A stretch of DNA of 64,000 nucleotides from Basidiobolus meristosporus CBS 931.73 (Eukaryota; Fungi; Basidiobolomycota): the NCBI GenBank assembly GCA_002104905.1, contig MCFE01000013.1, positions 196,742-260,741 on the forward strand, given 5' to 3'. Each line of letters opens with the position of its first letter. Position 1 is the stretch's first letter. A program made the translations under genes and the position numbers. Below the pieces are notes generated by a model that was given only the letters and a program-made list of their open reading frames with translations, made no database searches and was not told the DNA's origin. Positions 13,351 to 25,600 of this stretch are shown one piece after another.

Positions 13351-16300
13351 CTCTATGAAAAATTATTTGTTGATCCTGTCAAAAGGTTGTCACAGGTTCC
13401 AAGTTCCAAGACTAAGAGGTATTGACCCCATCAGGACACTATGCAAAGACTGTCAAAAATTATCTCACCCCAAATGTATTAAAAAACTGAGTCAAACTTT
13501 TTCATCACAACAATGCATAAGTAGCTTTTGATTGGTTCTCTGCCAATTTTCTCATATTCTTATCCCAGACACTCTATTACCTCATACATTTGTGTGCATT
13601 GATTGGCTATTCCACTTTTTCACACTCCTTACTATCTGACTCAACCGCTTCTCTTACTTTTAATGCATACAAATTGATTTATTTCCATTGAAACTTCAGT
13701 TGTACCTCAAGTGCCAATTGCATTGACCTATACAAGTCCCTATGCCCTACACTAACATTAAGCCCAACCCCACACTCAACAAGTAACTCCATGAAAATTC
13801 ACCATTAAATAGGTATTTCTGCTGTGTCACTCCTTTTCCATGACTTTGGCAGAAACCCTACAGCTTTATGTCACTGTTCATTCACTGGTTTCCATACATC
13901 CTGGCCTTCAGCCAGCACTTAAAGGTTTAGCACCTCATCTGCCAATCTTGGCAATAAGTTGTTGCAATATTCAAGTGAATTTTCTTGAGCATTGTGCTTA
14001 AAGAGGCACAACCATCTCTTAGTGTGCACATTAATGTTCCAAAGTTCCACTGAAGGTATTGTGATAACCTATTGAGTTCATGATGTTGCTACTTTATCTG
14101 TCAGTGAGATCACCACTCTGTCAACAATGGAGGACATGGAGACTGTAGTAGACAAGCTGCCTTTCTCTGCAAACCCATCTACCTCACTGGACTGTAGCTC
14201 AACTGGCTGCGCTTCCAACTCCTGTGAAAACAGCTCTTTTGTTGTTGGTAACTCTTCTTGGCTATGATGGGATTCAGTCTGTTCCAGGCTTGCGGTGTTA
14301 ATTGGCAAGAGTTGCAGCTTTTTTCCCATGCCTCCCTGTCTCTGATTGGGTAGACTTTGCTTATTACTGCCAGGTCTTTGACTACTACTTCCTCTGAGTG
14401 CTTCTTGCATTAAACTACATTTTCTCCTTCATAAATGCCACTTTGATGCATCTCTTTAGGCCAGCTGGTCCCTTGCTGGCACTCTGCAAGCAACCTGTTG
14501 CTTCTTTCCTACTTATTTCAGGCTCTCAGCCCATGCTGTTATGGTCTCCCAAGGTAGCCACTTGCTTTTATCATCTCCAGGCCCTTCACTACTACTTTGA
14601 ATGAGTGCTTCTTGAGTAGAACTAATGTTTTCCTTGGAAAATGTTGTGCTGGTGCATCTGTGTCTTCTGGCACTTCCCTTGTAAGCACTCTTCTAGCTAC
14701 CTGATGCTTGTTTGGAGCTTTTAGCCCTGCTTGTGATGGGTTCTTGAGGAAGCCATTGGCTTTAACCATTGCACCCTTATTTTTCTGCCTTTGATAGTTT
14801 TTGCTACTCTTGAGGTACTTTGTAGCATATCATTGCTGGCCCATAATCAGTTTGCTTGTTTGAAACCAGGAAAATGCTTATGGAACAAGTCAAGCATGAT
14901 CTGCTTGGCCTTGAGTCCCAGATGGTCCCATGCAACAAGCAATAAGCCATTGGCCAGAATATTGAATTAATCAGAAACTGGAGATATTAACCATACATAG
15001 TATCTGGTGGAGCAAATGCTTCCCAATGGTAGCAATGCAGTAGCTTTTCATCAAAATCCCTTTACTAATGACCAAGCTATACATAGGGTATTTCAAGCTA
15101 ATTGAGCCCTTTGAGATACCAGTGATGTTTGAACAAATTTACAAGATATTACAGAGTAGTTTCTACCTGAAGCACTTATCAAGGGCTCTAAAAGATACTC
15201 TACTATGAATATGAAATAATTCAAATTGCAGGAATGGATGAGCTGGATATGTATTTATTCCAGTGCCCATCTCAAGCACTCCTTCCAGGTGTACATTAAG
15301 AATAGGGGGGTCACATGTTGACATAGTAGCAATATTTATCTAGAAGTAGCTCTCCAATGTCAACTTGATGTGTTTACAGCCTTTATGCAGGGAGTTTGTG
15401 ACGGAATTTGAGCAACCATACTACAAGCATAGAGCTGAATCCATAGGACTCTGTTATAACTGTAGCCATTCTTCATTCCATCTTGCTTGATGTATGGAAA
15501 ATATTGGGCCTTGCTACATCCTTTGGGAATACCCTATGGAGCAGGTGTGTGGGGAGATAGGAAGATAAGTCATGTTGCAGGTACTACCACATCCCAGTCT
15601 CATCAAGAATATTACCTTCAGGTCTGCCATGGATGTGATGGTTAGCACATGATGGACAGCCAAAAGAACTGGAAAATATGAAGGACAGATGTGCACATGT
15701 AGACACCTATGCTTTAAAAGTCAATGCCTTTGGTATTTAGAGCTAAGCAGCCATAATGCATGGGTAGTCAGTTGAGGAATGCAAAGTTGGACTGGGTGCA
15801 ACAAGAGATTAATTTTTATTCAAACACTGACTAAAGTATGTCCAATTTCTCTTGGTTCCAAGCCAATTTCTACACCATTGATATGGAATTCACACAAATA
15901 AGAGCCAGAGCACACCTATAACAGGGACTAAATACAGTAAGGGGAAGGAATATATGTTAGCTAAATACCAAAAAGTGCTTTACAGATATTCTGGAGGCTT
16001 TCATAGCAAAAGTGGCAGCCACCAAGTATATGTCTGAAAGTTGTATATGTTACCAGCAATTCAAGGTTTATGGAAATTTGCAAGTATAGTACTAAAGAGC
16101 TGGAAAGCTGAGGTGATAGATGAACTTCAATTGAGATTGGTGTGCATATATGCAGAGATTTGTAAGCAGGAGACCATAGTTTCTTTTGATTTAAACAACA
16201 TGTGCAATACCTAGGTAGTAATGGGTATGCAATAAAGAGGGGATTTTACAGTGGAAATATGAATGGTGCAAGGGTAGGAAAAAAATACCATTTATTCATT

Positions 16301-16686
16301 GTAGCATTATACAGAACTAACTGTAGGCTGATGTACAGCTGTCCTAATGCAATTGGAGGTTTGCAATGAGGCTGTCAGAACACCATCAAGTTTCCTGTCA
16401 TATGAGGCAACTGGATGTATTTGCCAGTTAGAGCTGCTCAAATACCTGTGGAGTGCATGAAGACTGTTAGAATTCCATGGAGCTCTTGTCAAAAGACTGC
16501 TCAAACACCGTCAAGCTTTTAACTTAATTTAGCAGTAAAACTAGCAAGACACCATTACAACCCCATCAAAAGATTGTGTAGAGGGTCCTTTATTCCAAAT
16601 TGCCAGCATTATGACAGCCTCCTTGTATGATCCTGACAGCTGATCCAGATTGGATCAACCCATATAACCCAAACATTTTCATAGGG
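13351..16686 (+). mobile_element. Internally deleted (non-autonomous) CACTA with both termini, 3336 bp
   Basis: CTCTATGAAAAATT at 13351 and TTTTCATAGGG at 16686. The ORF-A 3' half (minus) is fused near 14930 to the transposase 3' half (plus). No matching TSD. Confidence 0.8.
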
Positions 16687-16839
16687 GGAGGTCTGCTTAT
16701 CTGCTGTGAAGCCAGTACCTACAGTATCAAGAGTTGTCACTTTTAGTAAAGTTCAAATCTAGTTAATATTGGTATGGTATTGTGCTGGCCTGTTAATAAC
16801 TTTTTTTATGAGAGATACTTAGTTGGATTAGCAATACAA

Positions 16840-18640
16840 GACCTGGCAGTGGTAAAGATGCAGAGACAGGAAGGAAAGTCTACTCAGACAAGAGACATAG
16901 AAATATGAGAAAAAAGCTGCAGCTATCATCAATAAAACCTGCTAACCTTGAAGACTCTGAATCTCATAGTGGCCTGGTAGATTCACCAACAACACAATAG
17001 TTACTTGACCCCTGTTTGAACTGGCCTCAGTTGTGCCACTCTTTGGTGCACTGGCTGAACTAGTGGAGTAAGATGTTTCTTCTACCATAGCCTCCACATC
17101 CTGCACTGCAAACAGAGCGCAAGTCCCACTGGCAAGCAATGCAAGAAGTTACCATCCAAAGGCTGTCATATAATTTGATCTCACAACTAAGAGGTATTGT
17201 TGCCCTAAGGACTAACCGCAAAGTTCATTAATAACTTGCACCTCAGATTTCACCATTAATCTGATCACGGCTGTTCATTGCTGGTCTACATGATTAGTTT
17301 TAAATGGTCCCTGCCAATAATTGCACCTTCTGATTACAGACATTCAATCATCTCTTGTATTTGTGCTCATTGGTTGGTTATTACTTCATTTTCATTTCCA
17401 TACTTCCAGGCTTGGATGATGCTCTTGTGCTTTATGAGCATAAGTTGGTATATTCTCATTTAGTCTTCATTGTTACTAGATTGCCAGTTATACTAAGCCA
17501 TGCAAGTCCCTATATCTAGCACTAGCATTAAGCTCAGCCATAGATTCAGTTAGTAATTTTACTAAAATCATGCATCTAATAAGTTCTTCTGCATTAGACC
17601 TTGCCCATTACATTAGCATGAACCCTATTGCTTTATGCCATTGTTCATCTATTAGTCCCCAAATATCTTGGTCTTCAGCCAGCCTGGCAAGCTGTGGCAC
17701 CTCATCTATTAGTAGCTAATATAATATCTATCCCAAGACTCAACAAGTAACTCCACCAAGTCCACCACTTAATGTGTTTCTCTACTGTAATGCCCTGTTT
17801 CCTTGACTTTGACAGGAACTTACATCTTGGTGCCATTTTTTGTTCACTGGTTGCAAGATACTCAGGTCTTCAGCTTATACTGCAAGTTCTAGCACCTTAT
17901 TAGATCCTTGTAATATTCAACCATGCTTACTTGGGCATTGCACTTGTAGAAGTGCTGCACCTGTTTGCTGTGCCTGTTATGTATCCAAATTTACACTGTA
18001 GGCACCACAATAGTCCTGTTATTTCTTGATGTTGCTGTGCTCTCAGTTTGTGGGATCACCACTCTCTATAGTGGATAGCATAGAGGCTGTAGTAGATGAG
18101 TTGCCTTTGTCTTCAAACTCATCAACTTAACTGAGTGTAGCTTAGCTGGCTGCTCCTCCCGCACTGGAAATAACAGCTATTGTCATCTCAGTAATTCTTA
18201 TTGGCATGTACAGTGATGGCTCTGAATAAGAAGACCTAATGATAGACTGGGAGCCTTTCTCCCTTAACAATAGTGCCATGCATGAAACTTATAAAGTCCC
18301 AATATTCAATAAGAGAACACTAGTGGAAAAAATGCTAAGGATACTTTATGGAGCCATCTGAGTCTAGTTGTCCATTTACTGGTGGGTGATAAAATGTTGT
18401 GACACAAAAAGTTGCATGTTTTCACCATTGTTAACAACAGGGGCTTTGAAGATATGCTGCTACATCTGGCCAAAATATTTCTTGGATGCAGCTGTTCATG
18501 CACATTATAGAAATGGACAACCTTCATGCTGCTGGCAACATATGCTGCAGGGGCCAGTCCGATAATATCTTGTATCAATTGCATGGCATTCACATGGGGA
18601 TATGCCACTATTGTAATGCTTCCAACTAATTAGCAATTGA
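16840..18640. pseudogene. Old, divergent CACTA fragments (ORF-A pieces on both strands and transposase N-terminal piece)
   Basis: Recognisable but more diverged homology to 45150-46190 and 42860-43290. Many stops. Confidence 0.6.
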
Positions 18641-18644
18641 CCAT

Positions 18645-19120
18645 TGTAATCATGTCAAAGTGACACCCAGTGACAAATGTGCTCACTCTGTTATCTTTTA
18701 CTTTCCTATGTCTGTACTGCCCTTAATTTAGTTTGATCCAGTTTGTTGTATCTAATCAGTACTACCCCATAGGCTGGCTAACTATGATTACTAGCATCTC
18801 ATGGCATAAGTTAGCCCTCACTTTATGTAAGATTGTTGCATATAAGTGCTTCTTTATTGGGCAGGTACCCACACCAGGACCTTTGGCACATGAGCAAACC
18901 ATGGCATCATCACTACCATTTTCATTCTACATATAGTATCCCTATGTTACATAGGTTTCAGAGAACTAATCCAGACTGGTTAGATGTGCTGTACTTCCTA
19001 GAACCTTCTGGCATCTACTTACAGCATTCTTAGCTCATCCTGATGTCATCAAGACTTCTTATGATTTCCAGGACCTGCTGAAATACCATGATTGCTAATC
19101 ACTTAGCTAGTGAAAGAAGT
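18645..19120 (+). repeat. Partial, decayed LTR-A (5' part), cut by a Harbinger TIR
   Basis: Starts TGTAATCATGTCAAAGTGACACCCAG and is collinear with 22718-23190. Confidence 0.8.
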
Positions 19121-19733
19121 AAACTTGTTCCATTGTACAATGCCCAAGCATGTGGCATGAACCTTAGTTGTAAAGAGCAGTCAGGTGCAATGCTATAGCT
19201 ACAAGTAGACAGGATTGCTCCTGAAAAATTCTGCAATATATAAGACAATCTTTCACAATATGGCACACTATAAAACAATGAGGTTGGTCTAGATGTTTTG
19301 CCAACTTGTAATGTTTGCCTCACATGCGCCATTGGATGCCACTTTTATGTTTGATAAACCTGGCATTTGGATATGTCTCTTCAATGTGAAGCAAAGTAAA
19401 TGCATAGCACAGAATAAATTACACTATTACTTACTATTTGCAAAAAGAAATGTGTTGTTTGGATCATGACAAATAATAACAACTCAGCTCAATTGCTTCA
19501 TCTCCTAGATTTTCTCTCACAAGACCACTGCTGAAGCATTTGGTAGTAATTTACTTTACACCACTAAAATACTTCCTTCTTAGCTGCTATCATCTTGGCT
19601 ATTTGTGAACTTGTAGTGAGTATTTTGCCTCCTAGTTGATGAGAGCAGTACCCAAGCTTGGCTGCGCTGAATTGCACCAGATGGTGATACAGGGCTAGCC
19701 TGAAGTGCCACATGTTGACTTGTTCTTTAGATT
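19121..19733 (-). mobile_element. Harbinger-like right end (TIR and ORF2 3' part, internally deleted)
   Basis: AGT|AAACTTGTTCCATTGTAC. Reverse-complement homology to 41700-42000 and 42400-42690. Confidence 0.8.
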
Positions 19734-21764
19734 TGTTACAAGTCTTGGTATAAGAGTTGTAGAGGAATGGGACTTTAACTAGTATTGTATTCACTAAAAC
19801 TTAAACTGACCTTTATTGAGATTCCAGCAGCTCCTTATTAAATTTTTGCCAGATCAACTGCTGACTAATTGTATTTCCTAATGTAGGCTGTGGCTGATGA
19901 CTCATTTGATTGCATCATCATCACCCAGTAAGATCCTACTCAATATATCTATTTCTGTATGATAAGGATCTGTTGACTTATTTTATGACTAATGCTACTG
20001 ATTTGATAGATAATACTGATATATTGATAACCTAAACATAAAACAAACAGATTTGACTAAGAACTGATCTAACGTAAACATTCAAGTGGCATATCATAAC
20101 ATTCTCCCCCATTAAGGTTGAGAGGGTTCTCCTGAATCTCATTTCTAGTGATACCAATATCTTGATGGTTCAGTATTATCAGCAAGTCTTGCAAGCTTCA
20201 GTCTGTCCCTATGCACTAAGTCTTCCTAGATATTGCCTTGTTTGTCCACTAGTTGGTAAGCTGAAATGGTCATTCTCTGACAATCTTGAATGGCCCTGTC
20301 CATTTTGGCTCAAACATCTTCCAAGTGTTGTTTTTTAGCAATACAAGTTCCCAACTGTCAAGGCTTCAGGTGTTACAGTCTTATAAAATCTCTGCTTCAT
20401 CTTTTCTGCACTTTGAGATACTTTGGTCTGTGCCTCTTGATGTCTTTGTTCCAGTTGCTGGTGTATACTTGGCTGACTGAGCTCATCTTCTAAGGTGTCT
20501 GTAAGCCTTGGTTGTGTGAGATCTCCTGGAATCCTTGGTTCACATCCATACACTAAGTAAAATGGCAATTGCTGGGTGGCGTTGTGTACTCTGACTCTGC
20601 ATGCAAAGAGTGCTTGGTCTATTTACTCATCCCATCTACTAACAACTTCATTTACATACTTGGTCAGCATTTTTCCAAATAATCCTTTAAACAATTAAGT
20701 GACTCCATTAGTTCTGGGGTAATATGTCAAGGTTATTAAGTGTTTGATCTGCTGCATTTCTGGGTAAGCTTCTAATGTCTTTACCATAAAGTTTGCACCT
20801 CTATTGGATAAAATCTCTACAGGGCATCCTAACTCCATAAGGATCTTGTGGTATATGAAACTTGCAACTTCTTGTTCACTGGCTATAGGTACAGCTTTAG
20901 CCACTAGCCATTTAATGGAATGATTAATTGCTACTAGGATCCAATGGTAGCATTTCCTGGTAATTGGCAGTCCTCCAATAAAGTCAATTCCCCATCTTTC
21001 AAGTGGTCTTACAGGCTCTAAGAGAAAGAGTTCAGCAATAATCTGTGGTTGGCCTTGGTTGATTTGGCAGTTTGGGCATGTTTTCACTAGCTTCTCAATG
21101 TCATGTTTCATTCTGGGCTAACATGCTCTGGCTTTCACAAGGCTATAGGTTCCCTTCCATTCCAAGATGTCCATATCCATTGTGTAGCTTATGTATTAAA
21201 TTCAGGTGAGCTACATAAGGGCAATAGGCCATAGGGCTTCCATCAACAATTTGGTAGAGTGTTTCATCCTGTACTACAAATTTGCTGGCTTCATCACATA
21301 TTATCTTCTTGATATCTTCATTTACCTCATTAGGAATGGCTTGGTCTTCCAAGTACTTTGGTAATAGGCAAGGCCAATCTGATTCATGCATCAATTTGAG
21401 TTGTGCAACTTGTTCTAATCTTGATAAGGTGTCAGCAACTGTGTTGTATTCTCTAGGGCCATAAACAATCTTCAAGTCAAGTTGCTGAATGTATTCACTC
21501 CATCTTGTCATTCTTCTAAAAAGTACCTTCTGAGTAAATATATACTTGAGGGAGGCATGATCAGTCCTTACAGTGCATTTGACCCCTTCAATATAGCATC
21601 TCCATTTCTTCAAACAGTGTATTACAGCAAGCATCTCCTTCTCATGCACTGGATAGTTTTGTTCTGCTGAGTTCTGTTTCTTGGACCCAAAGGCAACAGG
21701 ATAGTCCTTTCCCTTGTGTTCTTGGCTCAACACTCCACCAATTGCATAATCTGAAGCATCTGTG
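19734..21764 (-). mobile_element. 3' half of a Ty3/gypsy family B element: RNase H, integrase, PPT and 3' LTR (19734-20101)
   Basis: TDASDYAIGGVLSQ, integrase H-H-C-C and WGIDF..DRG..E motifs. The LTR matches 28414-28780. PPT GGGGGAGAA. Confidence 0.92.
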
Positions 21765-22091
21765 TGTGGATTCTCATTAAACAAGTACACTACTAGCAGA
21801 TAATGCTGGTCATTGATTCTCATCAGCCCAAATCTGCTGCCTATCTTACACCACCAGAGCAAAATTCTGCTGCTAGTCTCACTGTTATCAGGGCCTCAAT
21901 CATGGTCCAACCTGGATAGATACCTGTATCTATTACTGGAAGAGTTTTGTAGGCTTCCCAGTGGGATTACAGTAAATGGCTGTCATGGAAAAGAGCATAT
22001 TATTATCTGCATTGGAGATACCCCAGCCATCAGCAAAATAGCTGGCTTTTCTGGGTACAATGGATGGTATTGTAGTAGGGTCCAAGGTATT
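21765..22091 (+). pseudogene. CACTA transposase fragment
   Basis: GPQSWSNLDRYLYLLLEEF..GITVNG..HIIICIGDTPAISKIAGFSG. Confidence 0.85.
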
Positions 22092-22613
22092 AGACTTGTT
22101 TCATTATACTGTGCCAGGGCACATGAAGTGATCTGCATTTGCAAGGAACAATTGGGTGTGGTATTGTAGCCACCAGAAGGCAGGATTGCTCTCAGACAAT
22201 TTTGCACAATGTGGGAGGATCTCACATATTATGGCACAATCTGACATGATTAGGTTGGCACAGACAGTTGCACCAACTTATGATGTTTACATCATGTGCA
22301 CAACTGGATACAATTATTGAGGTAGGTAAAATCCTGTACTTGGATTTGTTTCTTTAATGTAAATGGAAGTGAAAGCATATCATAATATAAACTGCACTGA
22401 TTCTTACCATTTTGATCAGCATCACTCCAATTGGATGGTATGTAAATGGTAGATTTGTCTAAACGTATCCTGCAGCTCTAAGCCCCCAGTTGACACATTG
22501 ACCAGACCACAAGCTACCTAATTTGCCATTGAATATCCCATTTTGCCCATTGAACAAGTAAATCCCTGATGTTAGCGATTGGACAAAGTGCCATAGCAAG
22601 TACACAACCAATT
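22092..22613 (-). mobile_element. Harbinger-like right end
   Basis: ATT|AGACTTGTTTCATT. Reverse-complement homology to 42170-42690. Confidence 0.8.
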
Positions 22614-25600
22614 CCCTATGAAGAATTATTGAGTTGATCCCATCAAAAGGCCATTACAAAGTTAAAGTCCAGTGACTAAGAGGTAATGATCCCATCTGGA
22701 CACCATCCAGAGACTGTTGTAGTAGGGTCACAGTGACACCCACTAACAGTTGTGCTTATTCCCATGTTTTCTACTTCCCTATTTCCCTACTACACTTATT
22801 TAGTTCTATCCCATCTGTCTTACCTGATTAATACTGTCTCATAAGATAGTTGACACCCACACCTATTTACCTTATTGTATAAGTTATCCCTTGCTTTATG
22901 CAGACTTCTATTTGTAAGCACTTCTAAATTAGCCAAGTACCCATGCCAGTACCTGTCACATATGATTAACCCATGTCATCCTTGCTACCATTTCTATACC
23001 ATAAATGGTATCCCTATCTTATACAGGTTTCAGAACACTGATTCCTGATTGCTTGGATGTGCTGTGCCTCTTACAACCTTCCAGCACCTACTTAGAATAC
23101 TCTTAGCTCATTTTGATGTCATTAAGATTTCTATAGATCACTGGAACCTTCTGGAACACTATGTTGAGTAATCACTTAACCAGTGAGAAAAGTATTTAAG
23201 TGAGGCAATATCTCAAAAATAAATCATCATTCCTTTTATCAATACACAACTTGTTGATTGATGTGATCACTGCTACCTGCTGCTACCTGAACTCCCAACC
23301 CCAGACCACAGGACACTCCCAGGAAACTGTGCTGCCAGCCAACTGGCCTTGGAGGCACTACTTGTGAGGAATACTCAGAGTATGTATCTTTTATTAGATT
23401 TGATTCTTTCCCAAGCTTGTACTTGTACAGGCAAAGATACTTTTCTGTTGTTGTAACTGCTAACTACAGCTACATTCTTGCCAAGTCTCTGCTGGCAGAG
23501 TTTACAGTTGTGTTGACTTTGAAAGCCTTGGTACATTGTCAACTCAAAGGACACTGAACCCAGCACATACTTTTGTTGCAATGCCAACTAAGCTGGGGGT
23601 TATAGCTCAATAGTTTTCCCTTGAGAAGCTTGTGGCTTTATTCCCCATCACATTCGATTAGAGACATGACCCAAGTACTCCTAGCAAGCTTTTGCCAGAG
23701 GTTATTGTGCCCATTAAACATCCCAGACACAAAACACTTGAGAAGTGTTAGAGATATCTCTCCCTAGGACTTCTACAACACCAAACTATGGAAAATAATT
23801 GCACCCCAGATTTCACAAAACACTTAGTCAAAATTTTTCATCACAAAAATGTATAAGTGGCTCTTGATTAGTTTCCTGCCAATGTGCTCAATTTCTGATC
23901 CCAGGCACTCTATCAACCCCTCTGTTTGTGTGCATTGATTGGCTATTGCCTCTTTTTCACACTCCTTACTTCCTGACTCAACTGTTTCTCTTACTTTTCA
24001 TGGGTACAAATTTATTTAATTCTGTTAAAACTCCAGTTGTACCTCAATTGCCAATTTTATTGACATATACAAGTCCCTATACCCCACACTAACATTAAGC
24101 CCAACCACACATTCAACAAGCAACTCCATTAAAATCCACCACTCAATAAGTATTTTTGCTGTGTTGTTCAGTCTCCATGACTTTGGCAGGAACCCTATGG
24201 CTTTATGCCACTATTCATTCACTGGTTCCCACATGTCCAGGTCTTCAGCCTGCACTTCAAGGTCTAGCATCTCATCTGCCAGTCTTTGCAACTAATCCTT
24301 GCAATACTCCAGTGCATTTTCTTAAGCACCGCTCTTGAAGAAGTGCTGCAACCTCTTGGTGTGCCTATTAATGTTCCAAAATTCCACTGAAGGCATTATG
24401 TCAGTCTTTTGAGCTCTTGACGCTGTAGCCTTATCTATCAGTAGGATTTTATCTCTGTCAACACTGGAGGATGTGGAGGGTGTTGTAGACAAACTGCCTT
24501 TTTCAACAAACTCATCTACCTTGCTGGAGTGTAGCACAACTGGCTGCGCTTCCAACTCTTGTGAAAACAGCTGTTTTCTTGTTGGTAATTCTTCTTGGCT
24601 ATGATTGGATTCAGTCTGTCTAAGGCTTGCAGCTTTAATTGGCAAGCACTGCAGTCTTCTTTGTATGCCTCCCTGTCTCAGGCTTGGGTAGACATTTTTC
24701 ACTTTACCATTTCCTTTATCACTGCCAGGTCTTTCACTGCTACTTTGTCTGAGTGCCACTTGTAAAGAACTACACTTTCTCCTCAATTTATTCTGCTCTG
24801 ACTCATCTGCTTTGGCCTGCTTGTCCCTTGCTGGCACTCTGCTGGCATCCTGACATTTCTTTTCTGCTTGTTTTGAGCTCTCAACTGTAGCTGTGACAGG
24901 CTCCTGTAAAGTGGCTGGTTCTTATCACTGCCAGGTCCTTCACTGCTACTTTGACTGGTTGCTTTTGGAGTAGTTCTATGCTTTTTCCTTAATAAATGCT
25001 GTACTAGTGCATCTGCATCTGCTTGCTTGTCCCTAACTGGCACTCTTCCAGCTACCTGACATCTCTTTGATGCTTGTCTGGAGCTTTTGGCCCTGCTTGT
25101 AACAGGCTCTTAAGGAAGCTGCTGGCTTTTAGCCATGGCAGTGCACCTAATTGCTTCATTGATGTTTTGATATGAGCTGACAAAATACTTGCTAATATAG
25201 GTGGTTGTGATGTTAGCATGGCCACTTGCTGGTCTTCAACTGAGGGTACTGCATTTGCTACATTCTCATCTGCCTGAGCATAAGGGTCAGCTTGTGGCTA
25301 TGTAGAGGTTCTCAATTGCCTACTTGACTGAGAGCCTAAGGAGTCTACATTATTACCTTCAATGGGCACACTGTCCACAGAGCCTTTTTTGGACGTAGCC
25401 CCACTTGTTGCACTTAATGTCAAAGCAAGCTGTTGTCCAACAGTTCTTCTGTTACCATTGGTGGCGGAGTTTTGTTGGGAACCAGACAACTTTGCTTTAT
25501 TTGTTGGCGGCATATATATGGAAATGAGTCAAACTAAAGGGGAAAGAGTGTTACCTATGCATGTGTGTGCGGTGCCACAACTTTATTTATAATGCCTACT

